In this document: positions 25,901 to 37,699 of the stretch, piece after piece | Position numbering within the stretch: position 1 is the first letter of the stretch | How the letters are laid out: the number at the start of each line of letters is the position of its first letter | Made by a program: the position numbers and the translations under genes | Notes under the pieces: model-generated | Database searches by the model: none | What the model saw: only the letters and a program-made list of their open reading frames with translations | What the model was told of the DNA's origin: nothing | Source: Takakia lepidozioides | Lineage: Eukaryota > Plantae > Bryophyta | Assembly: GCA_030704615.1 (NCBI GenBank) | Contig: CM060734.1 | Coordinates: 2,852,001-2,916,000, forward strand | DNA: 64,000 bases | Direction of reading: 5' to 3'

Positions 25901-28900
25901 TCGCAGACTTATTGGCTATGTGCTATTGTCTGTATTTGGAAAGCAATTAATCTGCGAGCTGAAGCTTTTGCTGTCTTGGATTGTCGAGTATATCGTGTAT
26001 GTCCCTGTTTCACGTTTTTGAATGTAGTAAATTGGAGGTGATTTAATTGCTTCTAGCAGCAAACTGAATGTGATTGCATGACGATTGTTGCCTTGTGGAT
26101 GCTCAGATGCAAAGTGTGAAAAACAAACATGGGACGCCCTTGACACGGATGATTTCCTATTGTGCAGACCACAGGTAGAAGTCCCATGAACCTCCTCGTA
26201 GAATGTACCAACTTCATTTTACAGAAGGGGGTCATCATGCCCCCTGGATTCCCTGTTGGAGCTCATAATTGTGCAGCTCCATTTCAGGGATTGGACATAC
26301 TGATATATCTAGTGAATTTCACTCCAATAGAGTATTTGTGGTGAGGTATGTTGCAACGTTGTATGCAGCCTTCCCTCCCAGTTTCTTTTTTGTATTGCAT
26401 ATGTTGTTTCTTTATTTCTTGAATCAAGTGCATATCAATCAAAGTCTACTTAGGCTCTGTTCACTAACTTTTGACACTCATGTGAAATGTTAGAACTGAC
26501 TTTCAATCAATTGCAAGCTTGTGCAGAACCCCAAACCCAGACACAGTCCTGTTGTTGAAATCACCTCAAGGAAAGGTGCCTATCAAGAGAGATATGATGC
26601 AGTTGAGAGAGACGGCAAGCCTGGAAAGCTTAATTGCTGAAGACTATGTCTTAAGCAGTACCAACAGCTCTTTTGCCAGAGGCAGTCACTTGTCAGCTGC
26701 TAGGTGTCAACCCTACACGCTTGACCAACATGCAAATTATAAGGTATGTCTATTGTGTGACTTAATCACATTCTGCACTCAGACTATGTTTTGGATCAAA
26801 AAGTAAGGTGACAATGTTGCAGCTGGTTTGATGTCAAGATACCATTTCACCAAGCTAGTCAATACTGTTCCTAAACTCCTGTAGAGCCCCTTCCGACCAT
26901 CTGCTGCGATAGATCTTGTGCACTATACCTGTCTCCACAAGCAGGCATATTCATTTTTCCATGTGGTGCTGGGCAAATAACTTCTACATCACATTTTAAG
27001 TAACTTCTGATGCGCTCACGTTCAATTCCAGAACTGTACCAGAGCTTTTCCATGGGTTTTAGCCTGCTAATCTGAGAATATTGTCAATTGTTGCAGTTTT
27101 TGAAATGAGTGTGACAAGGATTTCTGCTTGTCTGACATAGATATTGAAGGTTTAGTCATAATCTTCCTCAGAAACGTCAGGGGGTGAGGCATTACACAGA
27201 AGTGAATCCTCAGAATAGGTCCAGGAGGTCATCCACCACCATGCGATTCATGGATGACTTAGAGCCTTATAATTTCATGGATGATTTGCGCCATGTTCAC
27301 ATTTCATTTGCTCAGCTCATTTCAGTGGCTCCCACGGTGAAGCACGCATTGAAAGCCTTGCTGGTGAGGAAAACTCTGTCCAATTCTTATGAGCCTGCAC
27401 TTTTTTGGCAATTGGGTTACCATTTGCAGAGAAGGGGAGGGGCAATTCCATATCGTGTCACAGGCTTCAGCTGGAACTTGATTGAGAACATCAACGGTTT
27501 CCGAGTAAGACACACTTTCCCCGCTTTTGCCCCCTGATATTCAATCATTGGAAAATCTCCATGATTTAGAAGCTTATGGATCAAACTGTTTTACCCTCTG
27601 TCGCACCAGGGCTAGCCTCGATGGTTTGCTCAATTGCTTACTCAGTGTTTCACCTCTTAGTACCGCAACCGTTGTTAGTTGGCATTCTTCGTCCACAGCT
27701 ATTGTTAGTGGGACTCAGGTCTCTTGCATCTGGACATAAGTAAGGTGTATTCCCGCTTTACGGAAGCATATTGTCGGCTGCTCATAGCAGAGCAAGCCAA
27801 CAGATCTGAGCACCATCATCCAAGGTCCATGCAGGGGCATTGGTCTATGTTACTCAGGTCCCTACACCAGCCCTAGATAGGTGAGCTGTATGGGGAGGAA
27901 ATCTTCATCATAGATGCTGAAGGTGTTCAGCTTAGTGCCCTTAGCATGGCAGCTTCCTCCAGAACCAGTGGTGGGGCGAGATCAAAATATCAACTGTAGC
28001 ATCTAGAAGAGACAATTTGAGCCCGAAATGTTTCCAAAAATCGTTGATGCCTTGTAGTTAATCCGTTGTATCTTTTGATCCTGCGGCAGCAAAGTTTTTG
28101 TGAATGTGAAAACCTTCCACCAAGCAACATATAATGAGTTTAAGAGAAATTAAAAAATAAGGATGCAAATAAAAAAGGGTGGACTCCTGCCAAAGCAAGC
28201 TTATATTATGGTGTCTCTTCAGCCTGAAGTGCTACTGCCCTCCTTTTGGAAGGTGGACTTGTAATGAATACACCTCTGTTTGAAGATATGTTTGCCTATA
28301 AGCACCTACATGATGTATGTTTCAGTTTGAGTTGCCCGAATTGACTCTCTAGCTATTGTGAGATATTTTTGCCTATAAGCATGTAATAATGTGCGTTTTG
28401 ATGTTTGAGATGTCATGATTGACTCTCAACAGCTTTCAGTTACCTAGAAGTCAATGTTGACTGTGGGCCTGTTAAGCATCATAGAATGAGCTTCTTCTGA
28501 ACTTTTGAATGGTTGGGTTTGATAGGAGTTTCCTGTGCTGGATACCAGGAAGGAGAAGGTTTTGTCAAATGAAGAACGGCTTTTGTTTCTCCAGGTGACT
28601 TTTGGAGCCACCTTTACAATGTGATTTGCTAGCTAAGGCACTATATACCCTGTGGTAGTGTTTGTATACAGACTTGGGAAGGATTTGTAAGTTTGGGATC
28701 CCTGGTTAAAGCACTCTGTTTGGCATCTTCTGCAGGTTATCCAAGGTTCTCTAGTGTGAACTAATAGCAACTTCTTAGGAGAAGCCTCCCTCTACTCCAT
28801 ATAGGCTACCACTAGAAGTGATCCTTGCTGTTAAAGATCCTCTTTGAGTGCCTGTTTTTCCTTTTACTTGGATCCAATGCTGTGTAGCACACTTCCTGGC

Positions 28901-31900
28901 ATGGTCTTGTTTTCTGCCAACAATTCGAGGGTAATTTTGATGCCTTGTTTTGGACTTACTTTTAGCAAGCCTCCCCTCTCTCTTTCTCTCAAGGGAATTG
29001 TTCCTGTACCTCTGTTTACCAACTTTGAAAATCTCGAGGCTGAGCCAAAAGCCCAGGCCCTTTTGGGGTCTAATTTTTGGGCAAATCACACACAGCAGAT
29101 TGATGTTTGTGCAAAGGGATTTCTAGAGGATATCTGGAAAACTCGGATCAATTGCTGTTTCAAGGTAAGTCATACTACCGGCATCAGCCCCTTACAAAGG
29201 TAGTTTCTGTCCCTTTGTGTTCCGCTCAAACTGGGCGCGGGGTCAATGGCCACAAGGCTACGGCAAACACGTCTTATGAGTACATTCTCTCTGGCGGTAC
29301 CACTACAGCGAACAATGTCTTATCAGTACAGTCTCTGGCGGTACCGCTGACCTGAATGCATGAGATGAAGTACCCAAGGATTCTTGGCGCTGCCCCTCAG
29401 AATAAATGCCAACCTGTTCAAAAGGCGAGGTAGTGGTGAAGAGGCTGGATGAAAGTTACAAGTCCTTACAGCTGATCTCCTTCAGAAGTCAGTGGAGGAG
29501 ATGGAAGCCAAGAATAACAAGGCCACCCAGAAAGTGTGGCTCTAAACTGGATGAGCCACAGGCTGGCACAAATGTAGTCTGAGCTTCTTCATAGCCTTTG
29601 ATAAACAACCAGGACCCAAGCATTACCTAGGGGGCCTGCCCATGTTAGCCATTTTCCTGATTTCAAACTAGAGTATGCTGCTTAACACTATATTGAGTTA
29701 ACCCAACTGGCAAACGGTTAATCCTCATGTCCTATCAGTGGGCTTGATGGTGGGGATTGCCCAGCATTTTCTGGTGTAATGTAATTGGGTATGCTGTTCC
29801 ACCGGATCGCCTCCTTGAAAGCTTCAAACAGGATATCACTGCATCTCTTTTTACTCAGTTTATGTCTGCTAAGTAGATCTCTTTTGGGCAAGGGAAAAGG
29901 GGAAAATTTCCGAAGAAACTCATAAAGCAAAAACCTTGGTGCAACCATGTCAATGCCAACCAAAGCACCGGCTTCTTAATCTGACCATCCTGGACTTCAC
30001 TGTAAGTTGGATCTTTTCTTTGGCCTCCTTGGCATGCCACCACATTGTGAAATTGCCATAGGGTTTAGGGTTTTGCATTGCATGCTCGGTCTCCTTCCAC
30101 ATTTTATATAGTTTGTGGGAGCTCAATGGAAGCATTGGAATGTGAAGGAGACCTCATTGAACTGCGGCCTAACCGAGGGAGAGTGGTGGAGCTGACCACT
30201 TCCAAGAAAGAGCAAGCTTAGCGAAAGGGGAAAAGAGGCAGGAGCCACAGAACCCAGCACCTAGTTGGCGATCCATCCATCCACATCAATGTTGTTATTT
30301 TGAAAATTGATGGCTTCATTTTGTTTTGGACTGCAGGGAACGGAAAAAATGACGGTTGGCTTTGGGAAGTCTGCAATACATGGGTGGGGGCTGTTTGCCC
30401 GCCGTGCCATTCAAGAAGGGGAAATGGTACACATATCTCTGATTTTTTCTCTGGATGTGTTGGTGTCTTCAGAGAGGGACAGAGGCATAGCTTCTACGAT
30501 AAATATTTAGTGCAACCTATGTAAGAGGCAAATCATAATTGTGTTGGACAAACTTAGGAGAGGAATTTAGCCACTGCGCACTGGGAGTCCAGGCACCAAT
30601 TGCTTGGTGAGAATAGTATACATGTACATATCCTTAGCTTAACAAGCTGACCCACAGAGGAGCTGCCTTCCAGCAAGCAGCAGGAAAGGACGGTGGCTGG
30701 TCGAAGTTGGTGCTGTTGTTGTTACTGGCATCTCGAACAAGAAATATGCTCAAAGATGCTGAGATAGCTGGACCACCATTAATCCATCTACCCAGCTCAC
30801 TCGCATTGAAACCCTGAAGTCAACTTCCTTATGAATGAAATCTAAGCGAAGCTGTTGAAAGTCAGCTCAGATCTAGTTAACCATTGGGATTGTTAGCTAC
30901 GGTTCTGTTAAGAGGTTTTTTGATGGCTAAGGATGGTTCCTACCAGAAGGTTCCAGAGAACCTGTGTAGGATTTAAGGAAAGGCCGAGGCAATGCCGAGT
31001 ACTTCTTCTAGCATCTAGGTTGATGTGCTGTGCTAGGAGGAGGAGAAGTCCAGCATCACAGTCAACTCTATTAGCTTTCTTTTGTAGTAGGGAGCAAGGG
31101 AGCTTCCAGGCTCCAGTTTTCTCATCTCGTTAGTACTAGCTAATTCCTGTATCATTCAGCTGTCAAGCTTTTGTACTGCTGCTTGTGAATAGAAGCTCCC
31201 TGTCTATCTCTAGAGTGAGGACAGGTCTAGTTTTCTAACAGGTTATGGGCCCACAAGATGTTACAACTACTTGGACAGTTGAGGCACTTGATGGCAGCAA
31301 CTACAGGAGTTGGATCTACAAGATGGAGATCCTACTTTGTGCGAATAAGTCAGTAGTGACTGATGAGCTTTCAGAGGCTGACTTAAAGGCAGCCACATGG
31401 AAGCAAACGAATGACCTTACATTGGCATCTCTGATCACGAACATGAGACCAGAGGTGATAGAGTTGGTAAGGGGCCTTCAAATTGCTCATGAGGCCTGGA
31501 AGAAGTTAGACAAACTGTACCAGACAGATGCCTTGCCTTGTGGAAAAGGAGAATGGGAGAATGTGAGAGCATATCTGCTCACATTGGAAAGGTTAGAGGC
31601 ATGTGTATGGAAATTGTTGCTGCAGGAGAGCAGATTAGTGAGTTGCTTCAGATCATGACCTTGTTTGGCACCTTGCCAAAGAGTTATGACATGGTGCAGA
31701 CTGCGTTGTCTACTCATGGTAAGAGTAAACTGACTTGGGAGTTTGTCACTCGACAACTTCTCATGGCAGAAAACAAGCTGAATAGGAGTAGCTCAAGTAT
31801 GGACAGTGCTCTCATGGCTACCTCCACCAAGAAAGAGAAGGCATGCTTCCGATGTGGCAAACTTGGTCATTCCAAAAGGATTGCAAGGTCAAGATTGACA

Positions 31901-34900
31901 AGCCCAAGCAGGACAAGTGGAGAACGAAGAAAGGAAAGTCTGTGCACGCACATGTCGCTGACATAGGCAACGACAGTGAAGATCACCTGTTTATGGCGGA
32001 TGCACAATACAGCCAAGATGAGGATTATCTGCTGGCTGTTGAAGGAGAACGCTGTGGGGATGAGTGATATCTGGATTCTGGAGCTACTAACCACATAGTG
32101 GTTTCGCAACTTGAAACCCATTCAGCCTAGGAGCGTAAAGATGGGCAACAAGAGCTTTTGTGCAAGTGTGATGATAGGAGAGATTCCTGTCAGCTTCATC
32201 AGAAAGGAAAATAAGGTTACCCGTTGTATCCTTCAGGAAGTCTTGTACGTGCCAGACTTAGCAAAAAATCTGACCTCTGTTAGTACGTTGGATGACCATG
32301 GGTTTGATGTCATCTTCAGAAACAAGACTTGCAGCATCCAAAAGGGCAACAAGGAACTCTGCTATGGAGTGATGGAGCAGAGCTCTACAAGCTTCTGAGT
32401 ATGTCTGGAACTCAGGGGGAGGCCAATGTTGGGGACACAGTGGACACCACGCCACTGTGGCATAGAAGGTTGGATCACTTGGGGACGCAAGGGATCAAGG
32501 ACCTTATTGGTGTTGGGGCTGAAGGTGGACTGGTCTAATGAGCTACAGTTCTGTGAAGGATGTGCTAAAGGGAAACAGCACAAGTCACCAATGCCCAAGG
32601 AATCTGACACGAGCCAAGGAAAGGCTGGAGTTGATGTGTGTGGCCCTATGAAGACAACATCACTGGGAGGATCTAGGTACTTTGTCACCTTCACTGATGA
32701 CATGAGTACAAAGACCTTCTTGTACACCTTGAGAGAGAAAGGACAAGTGGTGCAGGGTTTCAAGAAATTTGTGAATGAAGTGGAAAATCAGTTGGACCTG
32801 AAAGTCAAGGTTCTAAGGCGTGATGGAGGGGCTGAGTTCCTAAATCAGGGATTCAAGAGCTATCTTGGTGAGAAAGGCCTAAAGAGCCAAATAACAGCGA
32901 GGGACAGTCCAGCCCAGAATGGAGGGGAAGAGAATGTACTCATGCTGTGGCCTAATGGAGTGGAAGAGAGATTAAACAGAACATTGGTTGAGAAGGCTAG
33001 ATGAATGCTGCAGACATCAGGCCTTGGACCAGAGTTTTGGGGAGAGGCCATCAACACCGCCACATATCTCAAAGATTTCAGGCCCACGCGAGCTTTGAAG
33101 GACATGACTCCAGAGGAGGCATGGAGCGGGAAGAAGCCAAACCTGAAGCATCTAAGAGTTTTTGGTTGTGCTGCTTATGCATTGATGCCTGACGGGCAAA
33201 GGAGCAAGCTGGATGCCAAGTCAGAAAGATGCATCTTCATCGGGTATGCTCTAGGATGCAAAGGGTACAGGCTCTACAATCCTAGAACCAAGAGGTCAAT
33301 TAGGAGTAGAGATGTCGTATTTGATGAGGATAGTTTTGGGAAACAGTCAACTCCCAAGGATCTGTCCGTCCCTTTGACAATCCCTGATGTGGGAGTAGAA
33401 GAAAGGGAACAACCAGAACTAAGGGTCTACACTCGAAGGGAGACGTGGTGAAGAAACCAGAAGAGGATCAAGATTCTGAAGTTGGGATGAAGATCCAAAG
33501 GATAAGGATGCGGGGCCTAGAAGGTCAGGAAGGATCAGCAAACCCCCAGAAAGGCTTGGAGTTAGTGTGGCAGAAGAATTTACTGGCCTGACTATGGATG
33601 ACGTAGGGCAGATGGAAAGTTGTTTCCATGCCCTTGATGAAGAAATCAGTGCAGCAGCTTCAAGGGAAGCTGAGGAGTCAGCCACTCTCAAAGACGCATT
33701 GGCAAGGGATGATGCACGTGGGAGGAAGCAGTACTGGAGGAGATGATATCTCTGAAGAAAAACCAGACATGGGAGCTGGTAACATTGTCTAAAGGTAGAA
33801 AGGCAGTGTTGCAAGTGGGTTTTCAAAGTGAAGACCCAACAGTGAGGTAGTGAAATACAAGGCCAGACTTGTGGCCAAAGGCTTCACACAGGACTGCAGT
33901 GAACTTTTGCCCCGGTGGCAAAGTTCACCTCCATCCGTTGTTTAATAGCATTGGCAGCGAAGCATGAGTGGGAAATAGAACAAATGGACCTGAATACTGC
34001 ATTCCTGAATGGGGATCTCCAGGCGGAGATCTACATGAAACAAGCAGAAGGCTTCCAAGAAGGTGAGAAGGTGTGTCGGTTCAAGAAATCTTTGTATGGA
34101 CTCAAACAGGCTTCAAGGACATGGTATGAGAAGATCAATAGCTACTTGATAGGCCAAGGTTTCATGAGGAGTGCAGCAACTACATGAGAATAGCACTCTA
34201 TGTGGATAACCTGCTACTGATCAGCGATAACAAGGATACCATGCGCAGGCAGAAGCGTGGTTTGAGCAAAACCTTCGAGACGGTTGATCTTGGAGCCATA
34301 AACTACCTACTTGGAATTCAGATCTTGAGGGACAACAAGGAGGGAACTATAAAGTTGAGCCAGGAAAGGTATGTTAAGGATGTTGTTGCGAAGTTTGGTA
34401 TGCAGGACTGCAAACCAGCACCAACACCATTGGAAACCGGCTGCAAGCTGAGTAAGGAAATGGAGCCAAAATCTCCAAGGGAATGGCTGAGGTTCCATAT
34501 CAGCAAGCCATGTATGCATTGATTGGCACCAGGCCAGACATTGCCTATGCAGTGGGAGCCCTTAGTAAGTTCATGCACAACCCAGGACCTCAGCATTGGA
34601 AAGCACTCAAGAGAGTGATCAGATATTTGAAAGGGACTGCGGATACATGTCTAACTTACAACAAGCAGGGCACTGGAGCATCACTAGAAGGATACAGTGA
34701 TGCAGATTGGGCAGTAGACAGATGAGAGGAGATCAGTATCTGCCTACTGTTTTGTAATGAGCGGAGGTGCTGTGAGCTGGAGCAGCAAAAGACAGCAGAC
34801 CACTACTCTATCTTCGACCAAGTCAGAGTAGATGGCTCTAACTTCCAAAGAAGCCATTTGGATTCGAAGGCTTCTTGGTGAACTTGGCTTCAGTCAAGAA

Positions 34901-37371
34901 CAACCAACAAAAATTCATGCTGATAACAGGAGCAGCATTGAGAGCAAAATCGCTGTTCACCATGCCTAACCAAGCATACCGATATCAAACATCATTTCAT
35001 GAGAGAATGTACTCATAAGACGTTTGTCATAGCCTTGTGGCCATTGACCCCGCGCTCAGTTTGAGCGGAACACAAAGGGACAGAAACTACCTTTGTCAGG
35101 GGCTGACGCCGGTAGTATGACTTACCTTGGAACAGACTATTAATCCGAGTTTTCCAGACATCCTCTAGAAATCACTTCACACAAGCATCAATCTGCTGTG
35201 TGGTGTTTGCCCAATAACCTTGCCCCAAAAGGGCCTGGGCTTTTGGCTCAGCCTCGAGACTTTCAAAGTTGGTAAACAGAGGTTCAGGCACAATTCCGTT
35301 GATGGATTTGAAGAGGGCTTCTCTCTCATGAGAGTACCCAGGACAATGAATCAGAAAATGAATATTGTCTTCAGGTTGCCCACACAACGGGCCATTGCAA
35401 TCCCTCTTTCCTCTCTGCATCTGTTTGCTGTTCAAAGGTAGGCTTCCCGCCCTGAGTTTAAATTTCAGTCTAGTGCCGAGGGTGGGTAAACCCTTGAGGT
35501 CATCCATGATGGCCTCTCCCATGTCATCACGACCATTTCATTAGAGAAAAGATTGGTTTGGAGAATGAGGTGGTCTTCTGTAGGACTGAGGACATGTCAG
35601 CTGATGCACTCACCAATGCTCTATCTAAAGAGAGACATTCTACAGGCATGCAACTGATTGGGTTAAACGTCAATCTTCACTGAGTGGGAGTGTTGTAAGT
35701 CAGTTCAGATTTAGTTAACCATTGGGACTGTTAGCTAGGGTTCTGTTAGGGTTTCTCGATGGCTAAGGATGGTTCCTACCAGAAGGTTCCAGAGAACCTG
35801 TGTAGGATTTAAGGACAGGCTGAGGCGATGCCCAGTACTTCTTCAAGCATGCAGGTTGATGCGCTATCCTAGTAGATTGCAGAGAGGAGGAGAAGTCCAG
35901 CATCTACAGTCAACTCTATTAGCTTTCTTTTGCAGTTGGGAGCAAGGGAGCTTCCAGGCTCCAGTTTTCTCATCTTGTTAGTACTAGGTAACTCCTGTAT
36001 CATTCAGCGTCAAGCTTTTGTACTGCTGCTTGTGAATAGAAGCTCCCTGTCAATATCTCTAGAGTGAGGACAGGTCTAGTTTTCTAACAAGGTCATCGCC
36101 ATTGGAGAACTCCAAGCCTTGGGAACACCCGCTCGGGCAAGTGGCCAGCCATTTGCAGAACTTTTAATGCTTTCACTTGTTACTGAGGCAATGCTAGACG
36201 CAGCCAGGCACAGCAACTAGTTAAACATGTGCTTTCTATCTGTAATGACATGATACTCTACCTCTACATCCATCAGGTTTTGGAGTATCGGGGAGAACGA
36301 GTGCGCCGGAGTGTGGCAGACCTGCGGGAGAAGCGATACAACCAACAGGGGAAGGATTGCTATGTGTGTATCCTCTCATCTGAGGTGTTGAATGAGGCTC
36401 TTTGTACTGCACTGAAAGATTGAAATGACTACACCTAAACTCCATCAGATGTTGCTGATGTAGGTTGTGTTTTAGTGAGCCTGAATTCACTTATGGCTCA
36501 TGTTGCTGTTTCTTTGGAGGAGATAAGAGAACTAGTTGGAGAAGGGACAAGAGTAGGTGTTCATCACTCAACCAGGTTCAATGTAGGTGTCTCTTCCTTT
36601 GATCAGCTTCTAATCTTTTCCATTTCTTGTGGATGTAGCTGTTTAAAATCAATGATGAAATTGTGATCGATGCCACGGAGAAGGGCAACATTGGGCGCCT
36701 CATCAACCATTCTGTGAGTGGCATTTTCCTCATCTGTGTAGGAGCTATACGAAGCTACAGTCTCCACCCTATTGTTTTGCCAGTTGGTGAGTTCAATGCA
36801 GCGCTTGGGTCTTAGTAACTCCTTGTTGAGATTGTTTCAGCATTGTTTAGCACGGGACTGTTTCAGATGGTTTGGCACAGTGAGCATCATGCACGTTTGA
36901 GAGAGAGAGAGAGAGAACAGAAGACGTATGCACTGCAAGAAGCTTACAATTCCCTGTTCCCAGAATAGTAATATGCTCACAAACTTTTGTGGGCACTCTA
37001 GTGTGAGCCCAGCTGCTATGCCAAGATATTGGACTTCAGAAAGGAAGGGGAGGGACGGGAAGGAGAGAGCCGCATTGTACTCATTGCTCGCAAGGATGTC
37101 ACAGCTGGGGAAGAACTGACGTGAGTTGCTGCCCTTCACCAACTCCTAAAACACTGGCAGATGAGCAGGCTGAACAGGTTCCTCAATGCAAAATTTTGTG
37201 GGAAGATTTCAGAAGATAGTGTTGTGAGGCCTTCAAGTTATGTCTTATTGTCATGAAATCTAAGGTGACTGACTCTGTCTTGCCAGATACAATTATCGAT
37301 TTGATGAAGAGGATTCCCAGAAAGTGGAGTGCTTTTGTGGGGCGTTGAATTGCCGGCAATTTATGAATTGA
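1956..37371 (+). CDS. ATX3: Histone-lysine N-methyltransferase, ATX3/ATX4/ATX5 clade; 3' 17 exons (5' exons lie upstream of the window)
   Basis: Exons read manually, all phase-compatible: 1956-2044, 18726-18818, 19007-19148, 21459-21564, 21728-21827, 24185-24309, 24671-24816, 25083-25193, 26107-26174, 26527-26743, 27430-27504, 28526-28594, 30337-30426, 36277-36363, 36639-36713, 37002-37120, 37287-37371. Motifs: YSCPECR; [33 protein letters not shown] (SAND-like); [36 protein letters not shown] (PHD); [36 protein letters not shown] (ePHD); [41 protein letters not shown] (SET); [13 protein letters not shown] (post-SET). The symbol denotes the clade, not 1:1 orthology. Confidence 0.95.
2221..2601 (-). 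mobile_element. Three stacked 3'-end fragments of LINE family A
   Basis: Fragments 2221-2460, 2474-2517 and 2538-2581 each end ...ATGAGTACA(A/T) and are separated by (GGGG)GAGAGAG spacers. Confidence 0.9.
2602..6612 (-). mobile_element. Near-full-length decayed LINE family A copy (APE-RT-CCHC)
   Basis: ORFs 6293-6568, 5953-6279, 5560-5793 (LLGDFNAR), 3660-4355 ([20 protein letters not shown]) and 2776-3828 are collinear with the 50.5-55.2 kb copy; multiple frameshifts. Confidence 0.95.
6616..8062. mobile_element. Rearranged LINE family A copy with an internal inversion
   Basis: 3' end on - (6616 to about 6915), middle segment on + (about 6925-7615), then RT/linker pieces on - (about 7615-8062). 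Confidence 0.85.
8090..13175 (-). mobile_element. Ty1/Copia retrotransposon copy A (decayed, 3' LTR lost)
   Basis: 5' LTR 13175-12497, interrupted at about 12810-13100; PBS GGTTATGGGCCC; gag ([11 protein letters not shown]), protease [10 protein letters not shown], integrase [31 protein letters not shown], RNaseH YSDADWAG. Confidence 0.95.
10109..10960 (+). mobile_element. 5'-truncated LINE family B inserted in Copia copy A
   Basis: [36 protein letters not shown]-terminal zinc motif; (CATTT)n tail; the target TTTCTCTC is present on both sides. Confidence 0.92.
13176..14340 (-). mobile_element. LINE family B RT fragment
   Basis: [42 protein letters not shown]. Confidence 0.85.
14590..16150 (-). 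mobile_element. Cluster of nested LINE family B 3' and RT fragments
   Basis: ORFs 14877-15125 and 15285-15647 ([24 protein letters not shown]); (AAATG)n tails at about 14955 and 15172; 15830-16140 resembles 13990-14290. Confidence 0.85.
19313..20060 (-). mobile_element. Adjacent LINE family A 3' fragment (19313-19420) and LINE family B 3' fragment (19425-20060)
   Basis: ATGAGTACAT end followed by TCTCT; ORF 19539-19943 has [12 protein letters not shown] and a (CATTT)n tail. Confidence 0.88.
22106..23961 (-). mobile_element. Internally deleted LINE family A copy retaining both termini
   Basis: 5' terminus CCTCTAGGAAGCCTATTG.. (as at 50494) joins the APE end at about 23900; RT joins the C-terminus at about 22700; intact 3' end. 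Confidence 0.92.
27180..27380 (+). mobile_element. Possible Ty3/Gypsy gag-protease linker fragment
   Basis: [33 protein letters not shown] resembles the Y..xxDL..ISxxQLL..AP gypsy linker; short and intronic. Confidence 0.4.
28989..29285 (+). mobile_element. LINE family A 3' fragment
   Basis: Matches 54914-55210; preceded and followed by CT-rich sequence. Confidence 0.9.
30853..36089 (+). mobile_element. Ty1/Copia retrotransposon copy B with two LTRs (decayed)
   Basis: LTRs 30853-31240 and 35691-36089 (TG..CA); PBS GGTTATGGGCCCA at 31241; PPT GAGTGGGAG; gag-PR-IN-RT-RH order; flanks GAAGC and AGGTC do not form a TSD. Confidence 0.95.
35007..35527 (-). mobile_element. LINE family A 3' fragment nested in Copia copy B RNaseH
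   Basis: Imperfect 16-bp TSD ATCATTTCATGAGAGA (34991-35006) / ACCATTTCATTAGAGA (35532-35547). Confidence 0.92.
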
Positions 37372-37699
37372 GAGTGTGGTTTCAGGTGCACTACCAAACA
37401 GCTATTATGTGGGGAAACTGAATTCCCCATATCAAAACAGAAGCTTTCGAGGCTTTTTGGCCACTTCAATCCCATGGACTATATACAATATTAGACATTG
37501 TTTCCATTATTTGAGGCTTATGCATGTGTTTTGGGCTCCCCATTCGGCATAGCACTGGCTTTATTGAAGATGTACTGCTTGGAAAGGCTGAAGTTGAGGG
37601 CCTGCACTGTAAGCAACACTAGCCTAAGTTATGATGACCATTTTATATCTCCTGCCACTGGTTATGGGCACTGATAAGGTTTGCATGTTTTGATGCTCA

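Noticed and set aside
30770-30852. Copia A and B both appear inserted in a similar LINE B region
   Set aside because: Flank similarity is too weak by eye to claim a shared site or target preference.
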